A DNA stretch of 64,000 nucleotides from an uncultured Acidobacteriota bacterium (GTDB taxonomy: Bacteria > Acidobacteriota > Vicinamibacteria > Vicinamibacterales > UBA2999). Each line of letters begins with the position of its first letter. Positions within the stretch are counted from its first letter, which is position 1. The position numbers and the translations under genes were made by a program. The notes under the pieces were generated by a model. That model was not told the origin of the DNA, searched no databases, and saw nothing but the letters and a program-made list of their open reading frames with translations. The stretch lies in contig CAWJVW010000005.1 of NCBI GenBank assembly GCA_963846425.1, positions 3,163,732 to 3,227,731 of the forward strand, written 5' to 3'. Positions 57,362 to 64,000 of this stretch are shown piece after piece.

Positions 57362-57413
57362 CTAAATGATTGTAGTCCACCTCCCAGGGTAGAGGTGCGT
57401 AGCCGCCTCCGGC

Positions 57414-58115
57414 TCAGGGATGATCAGCACTGTGATGTCGGACGTCGCGGGCCGAGACCATGAAGATCACGTCTTCAGCGACGTTGGTGGCGTGGTCACC
57501 AATTCGCTCCAAATGCCGTGAAATCAGTATCAGATCGAGCGCCGGCTCGATGGTTTCCGGCTCAGACAGCATGTAGGTGAGCAGTTCGCGAAAAATCTGC
57601 GTCTTCAGGCCGTCCAGCGTATCGTCCTGGCCGATGACATCTTCGGCCATCACGACCTCGCGTCGGACGAAGGCGTCGAGTGAATCGCGCAGCATGGCCT
57701 GCGCGATTTCGGCCATGCGTGGAATGTCAATCAGCGGTTTGACTGGAGGATGCTGCAAGTATCGCTTGGTGGCCTCGGCGATATTGACGGCCAGGTCCCC
57801 CACTCGTTCGAGATCGGTGTTGATTTTGACCGCGGCGACGATGGCTCGCAGGTCAGCCGCCATGGGCTGATGCAGCGCCAGAAGCTTGAAGCAGCGGTCG
57901 TCGATCTCGATGTGGAGCTCGTTAATCGGCTCGTCGCCGATGAGGACGTGCTCGACCAGCGCGGAGTCCCGGCTCACGAGGCTGCGCACGGCTTCGCGCA
58001 CCCGTTCCTCGGCGAGTCCGCCCATGGCCAGCAGGCGCTCCTGCAGCGACTCGAGCTCTTCTTGAAAGTGTCTGGTAACGCGCTCCACGAACATTCCTCC
58101 GCTGTCAGTTTTCAA
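57414..58115 (-). CDS. phoU: Phosphate signalling complex protein PhoU
   Basis: Two PhoU repeats (DLERVGDLAVNIAE, HLERIGDHATNVAE). The longest ORF starts at TTG 58115; an alternative ATG lies at 58094. Confidence 0.9.
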   Translation of the reverse strand: MKTDSGGMFVERVTRHFQEELESLQERLLAMGGLAEERVREAVRSLVSRDSALVEHVLIGDEPINELHIEIDDRCFKLLALHQPMAADLRAIVAAVKINTDLERVGDLAVNIAEATKRYLQHPPVKPLIDIPRMAEIAQAMLRDSLDAFVRREVVMAEDVIGQDDTLDGLKTQIFRELLTYMLSEPETIEPALDLILISRHLERIGDHATNVAEDVIFMVSARDVRHHSADHP

Positions 58116-58145
58116 CTAAACACTGACTCCTTCATCGTCTGGGAT

Positions 58146-58979
58146 CTATCCACACCGTCCCGTCACATAGTCCTCTGTCAGCTTCTCCGCCGGCGCCGTG
58201 AACAGCTTGTCGGTCCGGTCGAACTCAATCAGCCGCCCAAGCCAGAAGAACGCCGTGTAGTCGGAGACGCGTGCCGCCTGCTGCATATTGTGTGTCACGA
58301 TGATGATCGTGTAGTTCTTCTTCAGGTCGTAAATCAGTTCTTCGATGCGCTGAGTCGCGATGGGGTCCAGCGCCGAAGCGGGCTCGTCCATCAGCAGGAC
58401 TTCGGGGCGAATCGCCAGTGCGCGCGCGATGCAGAGCCGCTGCTGCTGACCACCGGACAGCGCCAGCGCGGAGTCGTGCATTCGGTCCTTCACTTCTTCC
58501 CAGATCGCGGCTGAACGAAGGCTTTCCTCGACGCGATCTACAAGCTCCGACTTGGATCGGGCCAGGTTGTTGACACGAAGCCCGTACGCAACGTTTTCGA
58601 AGATCGATTTCGGGAAGGGGTTTGACTTCTGGAACACCATCCCGACGCGACGCCGGAGTTGCACGACGTCCACGCCAGGTCTGTAAATGTCCTGGCCGTC
58701 GATCTGAACAGCGCCCTCCACGCGAGTGCCCGGAATGATGTCGTTCATCCGGTTGAGCGTTCGCAGGAAGGTGCTCTTGCCGCAACCGGAGGGCCCGATG
58801 AAGGCGGTGACGAGGTTCGACTGCATGCAAATCGTAATGGCCTCGAGCGCCCGCTTTTCGCCGTAGTAGAAGTTGAGGTCTTTGACGTCGATCTTCGTCG
58901 GGCGCTCCGCGGCGGGGGGCTGCCCACCGCGAACCACCGGAGTGGCCAATGGGATTTGGCCGCGTGTGACGGCGTTCAC
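58146..58979 (-). CDS. pstB: Phosphate ABC transporter ATP-binding protein PstB
   Basis: [29 protein letters not shown]. Confidence 0.95.
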   Translation of the reverse strand: MNAVTRGQIPLATPVVRGGQPPAAERPTKIDVKDLNFYYGEKRALEAITICMQSNLVTAFIGPSGCGKSTFLRTLNRMNDIIPGTRVEGAVQIDGQDIYRPGVDVVQLRRRVGMVFQKSNPFPKSIFENVAYGLRVNNLARSKSELVDRVEESLRSAAIWEEVKDRMHDSALALSGGQQQRLCIARALAIRPEVLLMDEPASALDPIATQRIEELIYDLKKNYTIIIVTHNMQQAARVSDYTAFFWLGRLIEFDRTDKLFTAPAEKLTEDYVTGRCG

Positions 58980-59902
58980 AATCGCACCTTCCGTTGATAC
59001 CGGTCGCGGAGAATGATGGCCGTCGCGTTCATGATCAAGAGTAACCCGAGTAGCACGATGATGCCCGCAGCGGCATTACTCTGGAAGTCGGCCTGTGGCC
59101 GCGAGACCCAGTTGAAGATCTGAATCGGCAGCACCGTAAACGCGGACCAGATGCCGTCAGGTGCAAAGGGCACATACGTGAGCGCGCCGATAGTAATCAG
59201 CGGGGCGGTCTCACCAATGGCCCGTGACAACGACAGGATGAGTCCAGTGAGTATTCCGGGCAGAGCCATCGGCAGCACCTGATGCCAGATCGTCTGCCAC
59301 TTGGTCGCGCCCAACGCGTACGACCCCTCCCGGATGGTCCCCGGCACCGTGCGCAGCGCCTCGCGCGTGGAGAGAATGACCACGGGCAACGCGAGCAGCG
59401 CAAGCGTCGATGCCCCGGCCAGCACGCTGCGCTCCATCGCGAGCGCGCGGACAAACAGGCCCAGACCGAGGAGTCCGTAAATGATCGACGGCACCGCGGC
59501 GAGGTTGGCGATGTTGATCTCAATCAGCCGTGCCAGCCGGCTGCGCGTGCCGTACTCTTCGAGGTAAATCGCTGCGGCCACACCGATCGGCAGCGCGAGC
59601 GCGCCGGTCAGCGCGATCACGAATACGCTGCCAGCCAGCGCGTGGTAGATCCCGGCGCTCGATGCGCGCCGCGACGCCATGCTGGTCATGAACTGCCAAT
59701 TCAGGCGGCCCAGGCCGTCGGACAACACGTCATAGATCAGGACTCCCAGCGCGGCGAGCGCCAGCAGCAACACGACGAGCGCCACCGCCTGAAACGCGAG
59801 GTCCATCGCATGCCGGCGGCGAGTCCCGACGTCGGCTGTCCGAAACGTTGCAGCCGTTGCCTCCACTAGGCGTACTCCTCGCGGAAACGTTCCCGAAGCC
59901 AC
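58976..59902 (-). CDS. pstA: Phosphate ABC transporter permease PstA
   Basis: EAA-loop permease following pstC. The start is uncertain; an alternative ATG at 59806 would remove the overlap with pstC. Confidence 0.85.
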   Translation of the reverse strand: MASGTFPRGVRLVEATAATFRTADVGTRRRHAMDLAFQAVALVVLLLALAALGVLIYDVLSDGLGRLNWQFMTSMASRRASSAGIYHALAGSVFVIALTGALALPIGVAAAIYLEEYGTRSRLARLIEINIANLAAVPSIIYGLLGLGLFVRALAMERSVLAGASTLALLALPVVILSTREALRTVPGTIREGSYALGATKWQTIWHQVLPMALPGILTGLILSLSRAIGETAPLITIGALTYVPFAPDGIWSAFTVLPIQIFNWVSRPQADFQSNAAAGIIVLLGLLLIMNATAIILRDRYQRKVRL

Positions 59903-60747
59903 GTGCTGGCAAGATTCAGCGAAAACGTCATGAGAAACAACAGCATCCCGACGGCGAAGATCGTCCGGTACTCCAGTGTGCCCTGCGGCGTGTCGCCGAG
60001 ACTGACCTGCACGATGTAGGCTGTCATGGTTTCAATGGGGACGAGCGGACTGCTAGTCAGCCTTGGCTGCTGGCCGGCGGCAATTGCGACGATCATCGTT
60101 TCGCCGATCGCGCGTGACACCGCCAGAATCGACGCCGCCGTGATGCCGGAAAACGCAGCTGGGACCACGACGTTGAGCGAGGTCTGCATCCGCGTGGCGC
60201 CCAGCGCATAGGCGCCTTCACGCAGCCCTTGCGGCACCGCGCGCATGGCATCTTCAGCGAGCGAGGAGACCAGCGGCAGGATCATGATCCCCATCACGAT
60301 GCCTGGACTGAGCGCATTGAACCCAGCGAGGCCTGGAATGAATCGCTGGAGCAGGGGTGTCACGAACATCAGGGCGAAGTACCCGTAGACGACTGTCGGC
60401 ACGCCCGCGAGGATCTCGAGCACCGGCTTGACGACCCGCCTGACCGGGCTTGGTGCGTATTCACTCAGGTAAATTGCGCTGAGCAGCCCCATCGGCAACG
60501 CGACGACCATGGCGATGGATGACACGAGCATCGTGCCTGCCACGAGCGGTAGAACACCGAATTGCTTGTTGGCAAAGAGCGGGGTCCATTCCGTGCCGAA
60601 CAGGAAGTCCAGAACGGGCACCTCGCGCAGAAACCCGATGGTTTCAATGGCGAGGACGATGATGATCCCGGCAGTCGTAAAGACGGAGAGCACCGCACAC
60701 GCCAACAGCACGCACTCAATCGCCCATTCGATGGTCCGGCTTCTCAT
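59866..60747 (-). CDS. pstC: Phosphate ABC transporter permease PstC
   Basis: Six-TM permease with the [18 protein letters not shown] motif, positioned between pstS and pstA. Confidence 0.9.
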   Translation of the reverse strand: MRSRTIEWAIECVLLACAVLSVFTTAGIIIVLAIETIGFLREVPVLDFLFGTEWTPLFANKQFGVLPLVAGTMLVSSIAMVVALPMGLLSAIYLSEYAPSPVRRVVKPVLEILAGVPTVVYGYFALMFVTPLLQRFIPGLAGFNALSPGIVMGIMILPLVSSLAEDAMRAVPQGLREGAYALGATRMQTSLNVVVPAAFSGITAASILAVSRAIGETMIVAIAAGQQPRLTSSPLVPIETMTAYIVQVSLGDTPQGTLEYRTIFAVGMLLFLMTFSLNLASTWLRERFREEYA

Positions 60748-60771
60748 GTGCGCGTGGCTCGTCGCCGGGCC

Positions 60772-61806
60772 CTATTGGCGCTCTTTCGCGAGGAGCTGTT
60801 CGATCGTGACGCCAACCTGCGACCCGCCCTCGCCGAAGATGGTGCCGAGGCGCCGCGCCTTGAAGTGTTCCGCGACCAGCGGATAGCCCTCGCCTCCGAG
60901 TTCGACGTACCCGACCTCTTGAGCGAGGCCGCCGACTTTGGCGATGTAGAAGTCGACAAACTGTTGGACCTCTGGCCGAGCCAGAGACTTCTCTGCCACG
61001 TAAATGAAGAGTGGCCTGGCCAGTGGCTGATAGGTACCCGTCCGAATCGTCTCGAAATTCGGAGCAATCGGCCCGTCGCCGTTGTCCGCCTTTTTGTCGT
61101 CGACGGGGATGAGCTTCAGGCGCGCCTTGTTCTCGTTGTAGTACGCGAACGGCAGAAAGCCGAGGGCGAGCTCATCTCCAGCCACGCCCTGCACCAGGAC
61201 GTTGTCGTCCTCGCTCGACGTGAAGTCACCGCGGCTCGCGCCCTCCTTGCCGACGATCGCCTCCGTGAAATAGTCGTACGTCCCGGAATCGACGCCGGCG
61301 CCAAAGAGATGGATTTCGCGGTCTGGCCAACCCGGCCGCACTTGCGTCCAGCGGAGGATCTTGCCTTGTGCTTCGGGCGCCCAGATGGTCTTCAGTTCGG
61401 CCACCGTGATCTCGTTGATCCATGTCGCCTTGGGATGCACCACGATGGCCATCCCGTCATAGGCAACCGGCAGCTCGATGAAATTGATGCCTGCCGTCTT
61501 GCACGCGGCAAGTTCGGCGGGGCGAATCGGCCGTGACGCATCGCTGACGTCCGTCTCGCCGCGACAGAATTTCTGAAAGCCGCCACCGGTTCCGGATTGA
61601 CCGACCGTAACTCGGTGACCGGTTTCCTTGCCAAATTCTTCAGCAACAGCCTCGCTGAGCACGAACACCGTGCTCGAGCCGTCGACTTTGATGTCAGACG
61701 GGGCCGGCGTCCCTGGCTGGTTCGAAGATCCGCCTCCGCCACACGCGGCGACGAAGGACACGACCACAGCCAGCGAACCAAGACGACGAAGGTGTAACAC
61801 ACGCAT
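60772..61806 (-). CDS. pstS: Phosphate-binding protein PstS (lipoprotein-type signal)
   Basis: Signal + Cys (VVSFVAACGG), GSSTV, SGTGGGF, ASRP motifs. Confidence 0.9.
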   Translation of the reverse strand: MRVLHLRRLGSLAVVVSFVAACGGGGSSNQPGTPAPSDIKVDGSSTVFVLSEAVAEEFGKETGHRVTVGQSGTGGGFQKFCRGETDVSDASRPIRPAELAACKTAGINFIELPVAYDGMAIVVHPKATWINEITVAELKTIWAPEAQGKILRWTQVRPGWPDREIHLFGAGVDSGTYDYFTEAIVGKEGASRGDFTSSEDDNVLVQGVAGDELALGFLPFAYYNENKARLKLIPVDDKKADNGDGPIAPNFETIRTGTYQPLARPLFIYVAEKSLARPEVQQFVDFYIAKVGGLAQEVGYVELGGEGYPLVAEHFKARRLGTIFGEGGSQVGVTIEQLLAKERQ

Positions 61807-61850
61807 GTCCTCAACCGTAGCGGACAGCGATTTCGGAGCAGTTTCGGGGT

Positions 61851-61867
61851 TGTAAATTCGATGTAAC
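61851..61867 (-). promoter_or_regulatory. Candidate Pho box (direct hexamer repeat with 11-bp period) upstream of pstS
   Basis: The minus strand reads GTTACA-TCGAA-TTTACA, 45-61 nt upstream of the pstS start. This resembles TT(A/T/C)ACA-N5 direct repeats bound by PhoP/PhoB-type regulators. Confidence 0.3.
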
Positions 61868-61880
61868 GGGTGAGTGCCGA

Positions 61881-63527
61881 CTAGTGCACGACGGGCGCCG
61901 CGGCTCTGGTACTCCCGCGCTTCGATGGCACTGGCCGACGAGGCCTCACTTTTCGCGTGCGCGCGACGGACTTCGCCGTGGCGTCGGGCTCTCGCAAGTG
62001 ATGCGCGATGATTTTGGCCGATCGCTCGAGCGCTTCCTCGAGAATCGGCAACTGTTTATTGGCGGCCCAGACCTCGAGCTCGGCGTCGCCTACCGCGAAG
62101 ACATCGAGTCGAATGACGCCCGCGCGCTCGCGGGCCTCGACATTGCGGACGACGCCATTGCGGCTGCGATCCAGTGTCTCCGCGAGCCGGAGGAAGACGG
62201 ACAAGGTGCGAACCGTTCGGCGCAATTCTCGCGACAAGTCGCCGTAGCCTTCGTGCCCGCGCCGGGGCATTCCCCGGCGATGATAGCGGGCGAGCAGGGC
62301 CATGACCTCGATCTCTTCCGGCTCGAAACCGCGAAGATCCCCGTTCTTGATCAGATAGTACGAATGTCGATGGTGACGCTCGTAGCTGATGTGATTGCCA
62401 ATGTCGTGGAGCAGCGCTGCAAAGTCCAGCCACTCCCGCTCACGCGCGCCGAGGGCATGGATGCTCACCGTGTCGTCAAAAAGCGCCAGCGCCAGCTTGG
62501 ACACTCGCTTGGAATGTTCGGCTTCCCAGTTGCATCGTTCGGCAAGCTCGATCGCCGAACGTCGGCGGACGTCCGGATAACGATCGACGCGTGCGATGTC
62601 CGAGCGGTGCCGCCGGATGTAGTCGAGGACCAGCCCTTCGCGCAGGGCGAGATCGCACAGCGTGATCTCCTCCGCGTTCAACTTGCGCAGGAGCGTGTCG
62701 AGAAGAATGCCGCCGGCAACGGTCAGGTCGGCGCGACGAGGATCCAGGCCGGGCAGATGAAGCCGTTCCTCGAGATCCAGCTCGGTGACCACTTTCCGAA
62801 GTCGCCGAATGCTCTTCGCCGAGACGCGAAGATTGCGCGTTTCGGGCGGCACGGTGCCGCGATCGATTGCCGTCGCCACGGTGCCGATCGACAGGATCGT
62901 ACCCGACGTGCCAATGACCCGATCGAACCCTGCGGCAACGATGTGGCGGACGTAACGATCGACCTGGTCGCCAATGTGCTTGACCAGCTTGCGTTCGTCG
63001 CGCCTACTCAGCGGATCGGACTTGACGAACCGCTCCGTGAGGCGGATGACGCCGATCTTGAAGCTACGGGCGAACTGCACCTGGTGTCCGCTCCCCCGCG
63101 TGATCTCCACGCTCCCACCGCCGATGTCGATGACGACGGTCGTCTTGGGCGTGTCGACTCCATAAACGGCTGCGATGTGGATGAGGCGCGCCTCTTCGGT
63201 TCCGGTAATGATTCGTGGCCGTATGCCCGTCGTGCGCTCAATCGCGGCCAGAAACTCGCCGCCGTTTTCGGCCTCGCGCGTCGCGCTGGTGGCTGCCGCG
63301 AGAATCTCGTCAACCTGGTGGGATCGAGCCAGCCGCTCGAACTTCGACAGCGCCTGCAGCGCCGAGGTCATCACCTCCTGGGTGAGCTTTTTCCCGTCGA
63401 GGCCGCCCGCGCCGAGCCGGACCATTTCCTTCTCACGATCGATAACTTCAAAGGAAAAATCGGGGCGCACGCGTACCACGATCATGTGAACGGAGTTGGT
63501 GCCGATGTCGATCGCCGCGAGACGCAT
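61881..63527 (-). CDS. ppx: Ppx/GppA-family exopolyphosphatase with C-terminal HD domain
   Basis: AAIDIGTNSVHM, DIGGGSVE, HD domain (LLHDIGNHI). Confidence 0.9.
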   Translation of the reverse strand: MRLAAIDIGTNSVHMIVVRVRPDFSFEVIDREKEMVRLGAGGLDGKKLTQEVMTSALQALSKFERLARSHQVDEILAAATSATREAENGGEFLAAIERTTGIRPRIITGTEEARLIHIAAVYGVDTPKTTVVIDIGGGSVEITRGSGHQVQFARSFKIGVIRLTERFVKSDPLSRRDERKLVKHIGDQVDRYVRHIVAAGFDRVIGTSGTILSIGTVATAIDRGTVPPETRNLRVSAKSIRRLRKVVTELDLEERLHLPGLDPRRADLTVAGGILLDTLLRKLNAEEITLCDLALREGLVLDYIRRHRSDIARVDRYPDVRRRSAIELAERCNWEAEHSKRVSKLALALFDDTVSIHALGAREREWLDFAALLHDIGNHISYERHHRHSYYLIKNGDLRGFEPEEIEVMALLARYHRRGMPRRGHEGYGDLSRELRRTVRTLSVFLRLAETLDRSRNGVVRNVEARERAGVIRLDVFAVGDAELEVWAANKQLPILEEALERSAKIIAHHLREPDATAKSVARTRKVRPRRPVPSKRGSTRAAAPVVH

Positions 63528-63571
63528 GGGGAGTGATCGGTATAATTGGGCCGCGAGCGCTCGATACTAGC

Positions 63572-64000
63572 ATGGACAATCGGACTGCCCTCCTCGTGCT
63601 GCTCAGTCAGCGACTGACCAACTTGGTTGACGCCATGCCTGCGGCGCAGGCCGGCGACATCCGATCGGTCCACCAGGCGCGCGTCGCAACACGGCGTCTT
63701 CGCGAAGCGCTCCCGGTGCTCAGCGCCTCGGTGAGCACTCGATCACTCGGTCGCGTTCGCCGACAGGTGCGACGGATGACGCGTGCGTTGGGGCCGGTGC
63801 GGGAACTGGATGTGGCGCTGCACCATCTCGACGAGCTCGCGGAAAAAAAAATCGTGTCGCCGCGCGCCATCGGGCGCGTACGTCAGGCCGTGGCGCAAGA
63901 GCGCCTGAAGCGGCGGCGCGACATGCTTGCCGCCATCACGCCTGGCAAGGTCGAAAAGCTGCGGCAGCGTTTGGGAGCGGTGGGCACCGAGGCTGACGGG
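63572..64000 (+). CDS. CHAD domain protein (3' end outside the window)
   Basis: ATG 63572, open to the window edge. VHQARVATRRLREALPVL and RQVRRMTRALGPVRELDV are typical CHAD helices. Not in the ORF track because no stop is reached. Confidence 0.7.
   Translation, partial: MDNRTALLVLLSQRLTNLVDAMPAAQAGDIRSVHQARVATRRLREALPVLSASVSTRSLGRVRRQVRRMTRALGPVRELDVALHHLDELAEKKIVSPRAIGRVRQAVAQERLKRRRDMLAAITPGKVEKLRQRLGAVGTEADG

Overview
GC-rich bacterial chromosomal segment, tightly packed with about 55 protein genes. I saw no rRNA, tRNA, CRISPR array, integrase or transposase. The gene content points to Acidobacteriota, but this is inference from family knowledge, not a search. The supporting genes are an ADOP-type duplicated FtsX permease, a carboxypeptidase-regulatory-domain TonB receptor, a TPR-tailed Ser/Thr kinase, and a MoxR/DUF58/BatA/DUF4159/DUF4175 cluster. 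Most genes are ordinary housekeeping: OPT transporter, rex, moaC, lepB, LytS/LytTR, orphan nuoI, homocysteine-methyltransferase/MTHFR fusion, lon, gltA, yacG, pstSCAB-phoU, ppx and a CHAD protein.

Five things stand out.
1. A family of degenerate tandem repeats with a 7-9 bp period occurs at at least 11 loci. They are usually arranged as an array followed by its complement. They fill whole intergenic spacers and spill into the first or last codons of flanking genes.
2. A roughly 240 bp GC-rich element with terminal inverted repeats is present in two inverted copies. These bracket a 3-gene lipid-modification block. A roughly 50 bp mini copy lies elsewhere.
3. A small ORF is coupled to a Rad50/RloC-like zinc-hook ABC ATPase with a C-terminal zinc ribbon, and a Ser/Thr kinase follows. 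This may be a conflict or defence module.
4. Four otherwise well-conserved genes carry single-nucleotide frameshifts. These are either consensus errors or real pseudogenes.
5. A ketosynthase / FAD-oxidoreductase / double ICMT-methyltransferase / PIG-V-like cluster is present.

All domain calls come from motif recognition by eye. No database search was run.
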